A stretch of 64,000 nt of DNA from assembly GCA_902798825.1 (NCBI GenBank), contig CADBYI010000009.1, positions 4,721 to 68,720 on the forward strand, written 5' to 3'. The DNA is from an uncultured Eubacteriales bacterium. Its GTDB lineage: Bacteria; Bacillota; Clostridia; Christensenellales; CAG-138. A model generated the notes under the pieces. That model saw only the letters and a program-made list of their open reading frames with translations. It searched no databases and had not been told where the DNA came from. The position numbers and the translations under genes were made by a program. This document shows positions 26,096 through 34,881 of this stretch, piece after piece. Every line of letters begins with the position of its first letter. Position 1 is the stretch's first letter.

Positions 26096-27106
26096 ATGGA
26101 TGCACAGAACAACATTATCCTCAGCGTACAGGGGCTGAAGGTACACTTCCCCCTGACCAAAGGCATCGCAAAGAAGCAAATCGGCTACGTGCGCGCGGTG
26201 GAGAACATCTCCTTCGATGTGGAACGGGGCAAGACGGTGGGCATCGTGGGGGAAAGCGGCTGCGGCAAGACCACCACGGGCAAGGCCATTTTGCGCATGG
26301 TGAAAGCCACCGAGGGCAGCATCTATCTGAACGGGCAGAACCTGCTGACCATGACGCCCCGTGAGCACGATCAGATCAAGCGAAAGGTTCAGATGATCTT
26401 CCAGGACCCCTACGGTTCCTTGGACCCCCGGCAGAAGGCCAGCTCCATCATTCGTGAAATACTGAGGGAGGATGGGGCCCATCACACGGCCAAGGAGCTG
26501 GACGACGAGGCCCTGCGCCTGCTGACCATGGTGGGCCTTTCGGAGGAGATTGGCGAACGGTATCCCCATGAGATGAGCGGCGGCCAGCGTCAACGGGTGG
26601 GCATCGCCCGGGCTCTTGCCTGCAACCCCGAACTGATCATCTGCGACGAGCCGGTCTCCGCCCTGGACGTTTCTATCCAGGCTCAGATCATCAATCTGTT
26701 GACCAGGCTCCAGAAGGAGCTGGGCCTCACCTACCTGTTCATCGCCCATGATCTGGCGGTGGTGCGGCATATTGCTGACACGGTATACGTGATGTATTTG
26801 GGCCAGTTCGTGGAGAAGATGAGCTCCGACGAGATGTTCAGCTCCCCCCTGCACCCCTATACGAAGGCTCTGCTCTCCGCCATCCCCGTGGTGGACTGCG
26901 AGGTGGAGAAGACGCGCAAGCGCATCGAGCTCTCCGGCGAGGTGCCGAGCCCCATCAACTGCCCCAGCGGCTGCCCCTTCCATCCCCGTTGCCCCTACGC
27001 CACGGATATATGCCGGGAAAAGATGCCGGATAGGGAAGTTGCCTTTGGGGACCATGAGGTGGCTTGCCATCACTATAAGGAACTGCTGCCCGTCAAGCAG
27101 CCATAA
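26096..27106 (+). CDS. ABC transporter ATP-binding protein (DppF/OppF type)
   Basis: ATG 26096. Walker A GESGCGKT, signature MSGGQRQRV, Walker B LIICDEPVSALD, and C-terminal SPINCPSGCPFHPRCPYA. Confidence 0.9.
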   Translation: MDAQNNIILSVQGLKVHFPLTKGIAKKQIGYVRAVENISFDVERGKTVGIVGESGCGKTTTGKAILRMVKATEGSIYLNGQNLLTMTPREHDQIKRKVQMIFQDPYGSLDPRQKASSIIREILREDGAHHTAKELDDEALRLLTMVGLSEEIGERYPHEMSGGQRQRVGIARALACNPELIICDEPVSALDVSIQAQIINLLTRLQKELGLTYLFIAHDLAVVRHIADTVYVMYLGQFVEKMSSDEMFSSPLHPYTKALLSAIPVVDCEVEKTRKRIELSGEVPSPINCPSGCPFHPRCPYATDICREKMPDREVAFGDHEVACHHYKELLPVKQP

Positions 27107-27128
27107 TCTTTCAAGGAGGAAAAACAGT

Positions 27129-28106
27129 ATGCCAGCACAAAAGAGTTTTCAGCAGTTGTTTGCCGAGAAGAAGGAGCTTCTCTGGGCCCCCTGCATCTAT
27201 GACTGCGTCAGCGCCAAGACGGCGGAGGACATCGGCTTCGAGGCTCTGACCATTTCCAGCTATGAGCAGCGGCATTCCTATTTGGGCTTCCCCAGCATGA
27301 CCCAGGATGAAATGTATGTCAGCGCGTCCTATATCCTGCGCTGCTCCAATCTGCCCATTCTGGTGGACGGAGAGGATGGCGGTGGCACGCCCATGGAGGT
27401 CTACAAAAACGTGAAGCGCTTTGCGGAAGCCGGCGCCAAGGCCATCTCCATCGAGGACATGTTCAACGATTCCGCCATCGGCCTTAGGGTGATCGGGGTC
27501 AAGACCTCCGGCAAAACCTACTCCATCCGGGACAGGATCATCCCCAGGGAGATCTGGGCCGCCAACGTGCAGGCGGCGGTGGAGGCCTGTAAGGGCACGG
27601 ACTGCATGGTCATCGCCCGGGTGGATTCCACCGAGACCATGGACCGGGGCCCCATCAAGATGCGGGGCAGGGCCGGCATCTCCTTTGACGAGGCCATCGA
27701 GCGGGCCAAGCTGGGCGTGAAGATGGGCGCCCCCATGACCATGATCCAGAACATATGCTATCCCGGCGGCGACGAGGAATGGAAGCGCATTCAGCGGGAG
27801 GTCCCCGGCTTCCACTGCTATCCCGACATCCACGGCGACAACGGCGTCAGCGATGTGGACGACGTGAGCAAGCTCTACGATCTGGGCTTCCAGATGATCA
27901 CCTGCCACGCCTTCATGAAGGGCGCCTGGAAGGGCATGCTGGAATACGGCCGTCACGTCTTTGAGGATAAGAACACGATCTTCACCGAAAACGACGACTT
28001 CGGCTATCCGATCTATCAGATCAGCCCCATCACCAATCCGGAAATCGCCCAGATGTCCGATCGTTGGGTGAATACCATTTTGACCCTGAAGGGCGAAAAC
28101 AACTGA
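27129..28106 (+). CDS. ICL/PEP-mutase-superfamily protein, paralogue C
   Basis: ATG 27129. WAPCIYDCVSAKTAEDIGF, LPILVDGEDGGG and ISIEDM. Length is 325 aa. Confidence 0.8.
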   Translation: MPAQKSFQQLFAEKKELLWAPCIYDCVSAKTAEDIGFEALTISSYEQRHSYLGFPSMTQDEMYVSASYILRCSNLPILVDGEDGGGTPMEVYKNVKRFAEAGAKAISIEDMFNDSAIGLRVIGVKTSGKTYSIRDRIIPREIWAANVQAAVEACKGTDCMVIARVDSTETMDRGPIKMRGRAGISFDEAIERAKLGVKMGAPMTMIQNICYPGGDEEWKRIQREVPGFHCYPDIHGDNGVSDVDDVSKLYDLGFQMITCHAFMKGAWKGMLEYGRHVFEDKNTIFTENDDFGYPIYQISPITNPEIAQMSDRWVNTILTLKGENN

Positions 28107-28125
28107 ATCCAAGGAGGAAACGAAA

Positions 28126-29076
28126 ATGGCAGCAGAAAAATCGATCAAACAGCTTCTGGAAGCGGGCGAATTTGTCTGGGCGCCCTGCATCTATGATTGC
28201 GTCAGCGCCCGGGTCGTGGAGATGGTTGGCTACAACGCCTGCCTGGTGTCAAGCTGCGAGCTGGAGTTCGCCATGAACGGCATTCCCGCGGGCCTGTATA
28301 ACTGGGAGGAGTATATCTGGGCGGCAGAGCGCATCTGCAACGCCACCAAGCTTCCCGTCATCATGGACGGAGAAAACGGCGGCGGCACGCCCATGCAGGT
28401 CTATCGCAACTGCAAGCGTCTGGCGGAGGCCGGCGTAATGGCCATCTCCATTGAGGACACCCTCTCCGGTGCCGTGGCGGTGGATTACGCCTACGGCCAC
28501 GGCCGCGGGTATATGGACAGGGAGCTGTGGGCCACCAACGTGGCGGCTGCCTGCGACGCCGTGAAGGGCACGGAGTGCATGATCATCGCCCGGACCGACT
28601 GCAAGGGCGGCGGCGCGGCCCAGACCGGCGCCATCGCTGACAACGAGTTTTGCCTGGGGCTGGACGAAGCCATCCTGCGGGCCCAAATGGGCGTTGCGGC
28701 AGGCGCACCCATCACCATGATCCAGAACATCTGCCATGCGGGCTGCAAGGATGAGTGCCTGCGCATTGCGCGGGAGGTTCCGGGATATCACTTTTATCCC
28801 GATGTGCACGCCACCAACGGGGTGCCGGATGCCACCCTGGAGGAGATGCAGGAATGGGGCTTCCAGCTGGTTTCCAACCATGCGGCCATGAAGGGCGCCA
28901 CCAAGGGCATGCTGGAATACTTCAGCAACAACTTCAAAAACCGCAACTCCGTCTACTCTGAAAACGACGAGTTCGGCTTGGGCCACGTGTTCACGCCCTT
29001 CAAGATGGAGAGCTGGATCGAGCGGGATAAGAAGTATATCGCCTACGAAAAGCAGTTGAGACAAGCCCGGAAATAA
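28126..29076 (+). CDS. ICL/PEP-mutase-superfamily protein, paralogue D
   Basis: WAPCIYDCVSARVVEMVGY, LPVIMDGENGGG and ISIEDT. Length is 316 aa. It lies 19 nt after paralogue C. Confidence 0.8.
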   Translation: MAAEKSIKQLLEAGEFVWAPCIYDCVSARVVEMVGYNACLVSSCELEFAMNGIPAGLYNWEEYIWAAERICNATKLPVIMDGENGGGTPMQVYRNCKRLAEAGVMAISIEDTLSGAVAVDYAYGHGRGYMDRELWATNVAAACDAVKGTECMIIARTDCKGGGAAQTGAIADNEFCLGLDEAILRAQMGVAAGAPITMIQNICHAGCKDECLRIAREVPGYHFYPDVHATNGVPDATLEEMQEWGFQLVSNHAAMKGATKGMLEYFSNNFKNRNSVYSENDEFGLGHVFTPFKMESWIERDKKYIAYEKQLRQARK

Positions 29077-29102
29077 CGGGACGGTTATTCTGCAGAAGGA
29101 GC

Positions 29103-29125
29103 GGGCCCCGTCCCGGGGCCCTTTA
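29103..29125 (+). terminator. GC hairpin after paralogue D (possibly a partial terminator)
   Basis: Stem gggccccg/cggggccc, loop tcc, followed by TTTaT. The MFS gene starts only 6 nt later. Confidence 0.4.
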
Positions 29126-29130
29126 TCTAT

Positions 29131-30300
29131 ATGCGAAACAATCAAAAGCTCAAATCCATCCTGGCGATCCTGGCCATGTCCTTCATCACCCTGGCCGCCT
29201 CCGCCACCTCACCGGCCCTGGCGACGATCTCCAAAAGCTTTCCGGAGGCGTCGCCCACGGCCATCGCCTCCATCGCGACCCTGTCCAGTCTGACGGCGGT
29301 CCCCTGCACCATCCTCTCCGGCATGATCGCCGGACGCCGGGTGCGGTTCAGGACCCTGACCGCCCTCGGGCTCATCGTCACGTTCCTGGGGGGACTGCTG
29401 CCCGTGTTCGCCGGGAGCATCTATGAGATCCTGCTGGGCCGGGCCATCCTGGGCGTGGGCACGGGGCTCATCGCGCCGCTGACCAGCACCCTGGTTTTGT
29501 ATCTGTTCTCCGGGGACGAGGTCCCCAAGCAGCTGGGTCGAAACGCCATGGCCACCAACGTGGGCGCGGTGATCTTCCAGCTGCTGGGCGGGTATCTGTG
29601 CAACTACAGCTGGCGGATGCCGTTTTTGGCGTATCTGGCCATCCTGCCGGTACTGCTCATCGTGATCCTCTGCCTGCCGGAGCCCGAGAAGGGACCGGAG
29701 CAGGCGCGACAGAAGATCCAGCTTCGGCAGGTGGTGACCTTCCACGTGGTGGGCTGGGGCCTGTTCTACGCGGCCCACATGATCTTCTTCTACCCCATCG
29801 TCACGGAGATGTCCGGGATCGTGCTGCACAACGGGTACGGCGACGCCACCATGACCGCCCTGATCCTGTCGGTGATGACGGGCACGGGGGTGCTGGGCGG
29901 GTATCTCTTCTATCCCATCCACCGAAGGTGCGCCCTGATCACCTTCAGCGTGGGCTTCGGCCTCTGCGCCGCCGGGTACGTGCTCATGCTCCTGGCGGGC
30001 AGCGCATGGGGGCTGCTGCTGGCGGCGGCGGTGTTCGGGGTGGGGTACGGCCTGCTGGCGCCCACGTTCACCTACTATCTGGGGGTGCCGCTGAAGCCGG
30101 AGCTGCGGGCCGCGTCCCTTTCCGTGTACCACATCTGCTCCTCCCTGGGCTCCTTCGGCTCCGCCTTCGTGCTGAGCTTCCTGCGGCAGCTGGCGGGCAG
30201 CGGTCAGGAGCGCTTCTCCTTCGGGGTGGGGCTGGCGTTCTATGGGTTGGCCGCGGCGGCCGTCCTGCTTTGTTCCCTGCTGAAGCGGGACCGGGCCTGA
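29131..30300 (+). CDS. MFS transporter
   Basis: 389-aa hydrophobic protein with about 12 predicted helices and an MFS-like G-R-R loop (MIAGRRVRFR). Confidence 0.75.
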   Translation: MRNNQKLKSILAILAMSFITLAASATSPALATISKSFPEASPTAIASIATLSSLTAVPCTILSGMIAGRRVRFRTLTALGLIVTFLGGLLPVFAGSIYEILLGRAILGVGTGLIAPLTSTLVLYLFSGDEVPKQLGRNAMATNVGAVIFQLLGGYLCNYSWRMPFLAYLAILPVLLIVILCLPEPEKGPEQARQKIQLRQVVTFHVVGWGLFYAAHMIFFYPIVTEMSGIVLHNGYGDATMTALILSVMTGTGVLGGYLFYPIHRRCALITFSVGFGLCAAGYVLMLLAGSAWGLLLAAAVFGVGYGLLAPTFTYYLGVPLKPELRAASLSVYHICSSLGSFGSAFVLSFLRQLAGSGQERFSFGVGLAFYGLAAAAVLLCSLLKRDRA

Positions 30301-30367
30301 TTTGATCCCTCACTGAAACAGTTTTTGTGCGCCCTTCGCCAAGAGGAGTGCGTGGTTTTTACGTCCG

Positions 30368-31762
30368 ATGCAAACCGATCGCTCCAGCCAAAACTTGGAA
30401 TCCATGCTGCATCTGTCCGACGGACGGCTGCTGCTGCGCCTCGCCCTGCCCATCATCGCGTCGCTGATGGTCCAGGGCCTCTACAGCCTGGTGGACAGCG
30501 TGTTTTTGTCCCGGCTGGGAGAGCACGCCCTGTCCGCGGTGAGCCTGTCCTTCGTGGTCCAAAGCCTGGCCGCCGCCTTCTTCTCCGGCATCGCCACGGG
30601 CATCAACGCCCTGCTGTCCCGGGCCCTGGGGCGGCGGGACGAGGCGGGCGCCCGGCGGGTGGTGGTAAGCGGGCTTTTGATCCAGGGGGCGTTCGTGCTG
30701 GCGTTCACATTGTTCGGCCTCTTCGGCACCCGGCTCTACTTCTCCCGGTCCACCACCGACGGGGAGGTCGTGGCCCAGGGCATGCGCTATCTTGGGCCCT
30801 GCATGGCGCTGGTCCTCTTCTCCGCCGCCCAGGTGACGCTGGAGCGGACGCTGCAGGCCACGGGCATCACCAAGTATGTGCTCTATATCCAGGTCGCCGG
30901 CACCGCCGTGAACCTGATCCTGGACCCCACCCTCATCTTCGGGTATCTGGGCTGCCCGGCCCTGGGCATGTCCGGCGCCGCCTGGGCCACCGTGCTGGGG
31001 CAGTTCACCGCCGCGGCCCTGGCCCTGTACTTCAACCAAAAGCACAACGGCCCCCTGTTTCGGGGGCTGCTGGAGGGCGTTCGGCCGGACCCGGCCCTCA
31101 TGGGGGAGGTCTGCCGGATCGGCATTCCCTCGGCCATGGCGGGGGTGGGCTCCTCCCTGGGCAACTATTGCATCAACCGGATCCTCATCGACTTCTCCGC
31201 CACCGCCAACGCCGCCTTCGGGGTCTACACCAAGGTCCAGGCCGTGGCCGTGCTGCCCGTCCAGGGCCTGTCCATGGCCCTGGTGACCCTGCTCTCCTTC
31301 TTTTACGGACGGCGGGACAGGGACCGGTTCCGGGGCACGCTGCGGATGGGCGAGACATATCTGGGCATATGGGGCCTGTTCTGCGTGGTGATGTTCACGG
31401 TCTTTCCCGGGGCGCTCATGGCCATCTTCTCCCCCTCGGAGCAGATGCTGCGGGTGGGCATCCCCTGCTTTCGGCTCATCGGCACCACCTATTTCTTCTC
31501 CTCCCTCATGAGCGGCTGCGGCTCCTATTTCCAAACCTCGGGCAAGCCCCTGTACCCGCTGATCATCACCCTGTCCCGGCAGGTGCTGATCCGCATCCCC
31601 GTGGCGGTGTATCTGGCCACCCTTGGGGTCATCGACTGGATTTGGTGGTGCTGGCCCATCTCGGAGATCGTGTCCGACGGGGTGTGCCTTGTCCTGTTCC
31701 TCCACGCGTATCCGCCCTTTTTGCGGGCGTTTGCAACCAAAAAATCTATAGAAACGGAGTAA
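30368..31762 (+). CDS. MATE-family efflux transporter
   Basis: 464 aa with LALPIIASLMVQGLYSLVDSVFLSRLGEHALSAV, a typical MATE N-terminal repeat. Confidence 0.85.
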   Translation: MQTDRSSQNLESMLHLSDGRLLLRLALPIIASLMVQGLYSLVDSVFLSRLGEHALSAVSLSFVVQSLAAAFFSGIATGINALLSRALGRRDEAGARRVVVSGLLIQGAFVLAFTLFGLFGTRLYFSRSTTDGEVVAQGMRYLGPCMALVLFSAAQVTLERTLQATGITKYVLYIQVAGTAVNLILDPTLIFGYLGCPALGMSGAAWATVLGQFTAAALALYFNQKHNGPLFRGLLEGVRPDPALMGEVCRIGIPSAMAGVGSSLGNYCINRILIDFSATANAAFGVYTKVQAVAVLPVQGLSMALVTLLSFFYGRRDRDRFRGTLRMGETYLGIWGLFCVVMFTVFPGALMAIFSPSEQMLRVGIPCFRLIGTTYFFSSLMSGCGSYFQTSGKPLYPLIITLSRQVLIRIPVAVYLATLGVIDWIWWCWPISEIVSDGVCLVLFLHAYPPFLRAFATKKSIETE

Positions 31763-31768
31763 AACAAC

Positions 31769-32221
31769 ATGAACTTTGGAACCATCGGCACCGAATACAG
31801 GTATGATTTTACCAATGCGGCCTTTCGGACCGCCTTCGCCTTTTTGAACCGGAACGATCTGGCCAGCCTGCCCGAGGGCTGGGTGGAGCTGGGCAACGGG
31901 GTCCGGGCGGACGTGCAGCGGTACACCACCAGCCCCGCCGGGGAGCTGTCCTTCGAGACCCACGAGAAGTTTTTCGACATCCAGTACCTCATCGAGGGCG
32001 AGGAGTATCTGGGCGTCTGCACCCGCAAGGGCCTCGTGCCCAAGACCGGGTATGAGGCGGCCCGGGACGTGACCTTCTACCATGACCCGGCCCAGGCGGG
32101 CCAGGTGCTGCTCCGGGACGGGGACTACGTGATCTTCGCCCCCGAGGACGCTCATAAGCCCCGTTGTCTGGTGAACGGGGCTATGGAGGTCCGCAAGATC
32201 GTGGTGAAGGTGCCGGTCTGA
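31769..32221 (+). CDS. YhcH/YjgK/YiaL (EbgC-like) family protein
   Basis: 150 aa with HEKFFDIQYLIEGEEYLG and VIFAPEDAHKP, motifs characteristic of this beta-barrel family. Confidence 0.75.
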   Translation: MNFGTIGTEYRYDFTNAAFRTAFAFLNRNDLASLPEGWVELGNGVRADVQRYTTSPAGELSFETHEKFFDIQYLIEGEEYLGVCTRKGLVPKTGYEAARDVTFYHDPAQAGQVLLRDGDYVIFAPEDAHKPRCLVNGAMEVRKIVVKVPV

Positions 32222-32236
32222 TCGGGAACTGTTTAC

Positions 32237-32764
32237 TTATACGTACTGTACGATTTCCTCCAGCGGCTTCCGGGGCCGGGGATTGGGGTCCTGGTCCCGG
32301 TAGCCCAGGGCGATGACGGAGAAAACGGCCTGGCTGTCGGGGATGCCGGCAGCGGCGCGGATGGCGTCCCCGTCCCGGATGCCCATGATCAGGGTGTCCA
32401 GCCCCAGCTCCCGGGCCCGCAGGCACAGGAGCATATTCTGGAGCCCCAGATCGTAGGCCCCCCACTGGTCCCCCAGCTCATTCACCGGCTCCGTCCCGCT
32501 GAACCCGGACACGCCCTTCTCATAGGCGGTGACGATCAGGGCCGCCTGGGCGCTGCTCTTTTGGTTGTAGGAGGGGAGGCAGGCGCGGATCTTCTCCTGG
32601 GCCTCGGGGGTCAGCGCCACATAATAGCGGCCCGTTTGCGCGTTTTTCCAGCTGGGAGCCAACTGAGCCGCCCGAAGGATTTCCTCCACCAGCGCCCGGT
32701 CCACGGGCGCATTTTTGTACGCGCGGACGCTCCGCCGCTCCTTCATGAGTGCCACAAATTCCAT
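32237..32764 (-). CDS. Nitroreductase-family protein
   Basis: MEFVALMKERRSVRAYKNAPV... and PSWKNAQ. Length is 175 aa. Confidence 0.85.
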   Translation of the reverse strand: MEFVALMKERRSVRAYKNAPVDRALVEEILRAAQLAPSWKNAQTGRYYVALTPEAQEKIRACLPSYNQKSSAQAALIVTAYEKGVSGFSGTEPVNELGDQWGAYDLGLQNMLLCLRARELGLDTLIMGIRDGDAIRAAAGIPDSQAVFSVIALGYRDQDPNPRPRKPLEEIVQYV

Positions 32765-32791
32765 CTGTTTTTCCTCCTTTGGATGCTCTGT

Positions 32792-33658
32792 TTATAAGCT
32801 GTGCAGCTCTAAATATGCCGACGGCGACATGCCGTATTCCTTGCGGAAGGCCCGGTAGAAGGCGGAGTAGTCCCCGAACCCCCACTGCCGATAGACCTCC
32901 CCCACGGCGGCGCCTCCCTGCATGGCGTCGCAGCAGGCGGCCAGCCGCTTTTTCAAAATGTACTGGTGGACCGACAGGCCCGTGTTCTCCCGGAACAGGT
33001 GGACCAGATAGTATTTGCTGAGATAGAATTCCCGCCCCAGGGCGTCCAGCGACAGGGGCTCGTCCAGGTGCTCGTCCACATAGTGGGTAATGGCCTCATA
33101 CCGGCTCAGCTGCTCCTTCCGGTTCCGGCGCTGCTCCTGCTCGTGGACGGTCCGGGACAAAAACAGCAGCAGCTCCGAGATGGTCAGGTCGATGGCCGTT
33201 TCCCGGGCGAACCGGTCCGCGTGTATCTCGTCCAGAAGGGTGAAGAGCCGGGTCCGAATGGCGTTGAAGGTGGGCGGGTCGAAGTGGTAGACGTACTTGC
33301 CCCGGTCCTCCGCCCGCCGCAGCAGATACCCATAGTCCGGGGACCGGCTCTCCAGGGCCTCCAAAAACGCCTTGCGCTGCCAGAAGACGAACCGGCGATA
33401 GGGCGTCTCGGAGTCGGACAGGATGGCCCTGTGATCCATGCCCGGGCGGATGACGATCACGTCCCCGGGGCGCAGGGGGTAGGCCTTTGCGCCGATGACC
33501 ATGGTCACGGCCCCCTCCTCGAAAAAGTACAGCTCGTAGTAGTCGTGGCTGTGGCTGCCCACGCTGCGAAAATGGGTGTCGCTGTAGTAGTACACCTCGT
33601 ATTGCTCGCTCAGCATATACTGGCGGGTGTTGAACTTGCTGCTCTGTCTTTTGGGCAT
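32792..33658 (-). CDS. AraC-family transcriptional regulator with N-terminal cupin sensor domain
   Basis: Starts at the internal ATG 33658 (MPKRQSSKFNTRQYML). The cupin region is HSHDYYELYFF, and the C-terminal AraC HTH is LSKYYLVHLFRENTGLSVHQYILKKRL. Confidence 0.9.
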   Translation of the reverse strand: MPKRQSSKFNTRQYMLSEQYEVYYYSDTHFRSVGSHSHDYYELYFFEEGAVTMVIGAKAYPLRPGDVIVIRPGMDHRAILSDSETPYRRFVFWQRKAFLEALESRSPDYGYLLRRAEDRGKYVYHFDPPTFNAIRTRLFTLLDEIHADRFARETAIDLTISELLLFLSRTVHEQEQRRNRKEQLSRYEAITHYVDEHLDEPLSLDALGREFYLSKYYLVHLFRENTGLSVHQYILKKRLAACCDAMQGGAAVGEVYRQWGFGDYSAFYRAFRKEYGMSPSAYLELHSL

Positions 33659-33695
33659 GGGCCACCGTCCTTTCCACCCCCCATTATAGCAACTT

Positions 33696-33710
33696 TTGCA
33701 ATATATGCAA
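33696..33710. promoter_or_regulatory. Inverted repeat TTGCA-N5-TGCAA in the araC/SDR divergent region
   Basis: ttgcaatatatgcaa has perfect 5-nt arms. It is a candidate operator. Confidence 0.3.
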
Positions 33711-33782
33711 CAATCAAAACAATAGATTGTGACGATTCTTTTCGATACAATGTTTTCATAAACCAAGAGGAGGTTTTATATC

Positions 33783-34634
33783 ATGATGCCCAATGTTCTC
33801 AACACCGATTTGACCGGCAAGGTGGCCGTGGTCACAGGCGCGGGCGGCGTGCTCTGCTCCGCATTTGCCAAGGTCCTGGCCCGGGCCGGCGCCAAGGTGG
33901 CTTTGCTGGATCTGAACTACGACGCCGCGGACAGATTCGCCCAGGAGATCGTGGCGGAGGGCGGCGTGGCCAAGGCCTACAAGTGCAACGTGCTGGACAA
34001 GGATATCTGCTACGCCGTGGCGGATCAGGTCCTTTCCGACCTGGGCCCCTGCGACATCCTGCTCAACGGCGCCGGCGGCAACAACCCCCGGGCCACCACG
34101 GACAAGGAGTATTTCGAGCTGGGCGACATCGAAGCGGACACCAAGAGCTTCTTCGATCTGGACAAGTCCGGGGTGGAGTTCGTGTTCAACCTGAACTTCA
34201 TCGGCACCCTGATCCCCACCCAGGCCTTCGCCCGCCAGATGGTGGGCCGGGAGGGGGGCAACATCCTGAACATCAGCTCCATGAACGCCTATACGCCGCT
34301 GACCAAGATCCCCGCCTATTCCGGCGCCAAGGCCGCCATCAGCAACTTCACCCAGTGGCTGGCCGTCCACTTCTCCAAGGTGGGCATCCGGGTCAACGCC
34401 ATCGCCCCCGGGTTCTTCTCCACGGCCCAGAACGCGGCCCTGCTGTGGAACCCAGACGGCACCCCCACCGCCCGCACCGGCAAGATCCTGGCCGCCACGC
34501 CCATGGGCCGCTTCGGCCAGCCCGAGGAGCTGAACGGCGCCCTGCTGTTCCTGCTCAACAACGAGGCCGCGGGCTTCGTCACCGGCGTGACCATCCCCAT
34601 CGACGGCGGTTTCTCCGCTTACTCCGGCGTCTAA
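33783..34634 (+). CDS. SDR-family oxidoreductase (candidate fructuronate/mannonate oxidoreductase)
   Basis: TGKVAVVTGAGGVLC is the Rossmann motif and YSGAKAA is the catalytic YxxxK. Length is 283 aa. The substrate call rests on context only. Confidence 0.8.
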   Translation: MMPNVLNTDLTGKVAVVTGAGGVLCSAFAKVLARAGAKVALLDLNYDAADRFAQEIVAEGGVAKAYKCNVLDKDICYAVADQVLSDLGPCDILLNGAGGNNPRATTDKEYFELGDIEADTKSFFDLDKSGVEFVFNLNFIGTLIPTQAFARQMVGREGGNILNISSMNAYTPLTKIPAYSGAKAAISNFTQWLAVHFSKVGIRVNAIAPGFFSTAQNAALLWNPDGTPTARTGKILAATPMGRFGQPEELNGALLFLLNNEAAGFVTGVTIPIDGGFSAYSGV

Positions 34635-34637
34635 GAT

Positions 34638-34663
34638 CCATCGAAAAACAAGTTTTTCGATGG
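34638..34663 (+). terminator. 12-bp hairpin after the SDR gene
   Basis: Stem ccatcgaaaaac/gtttttcgatgg, loop aa. No clear T-run follows. Confidence 0.4.
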
Positions 34664-34749
34664 GGTCAGCTGCGGCTGGGCTTTGCACCGTTGCCTAAAA
34701 TGCTGTGCATTTTCGGGCGGCAACGGCGAAAGGTGTAAAATTCACCGCG

Positions 34750-34791
34750 CATGTCGCTGGATTTTACGGATCGGCAGCAGACGTTCTTCCT
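34750..34791. repeat. Second copy of the intergenic repeat cores seen at 3383-3425
   Basis: catgtcgctggattt (34750-34764) and gttcttcct (34783-34791) are separated by 18 nt, against 19 nt in the rrf2/nifS insert. Confidence 0.6.
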
Positions 34792-34881
34792 TTGCAGCTG
34801 ACCAGCGGGCGTCTACAACGCCCTTGCGTTGCCCGCCAAAGATACATTACATTTTCCAAGTTTGATTGATTTAAGAAAGGC

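Noticed and set aside
17676-29076. Phosphonate biosynthesis cluster, with PEP mutase as the key enzyme.
   Set aside because: None of the four ICL/PEPM paralogues shows the E-D-K-x5-N-S signature used to recognise PEP mutases. There is no phosphonopyruvate decarboxylase or other phosphonate tailoring gene. The context (importer, LacI-type operators) points to catabolism.
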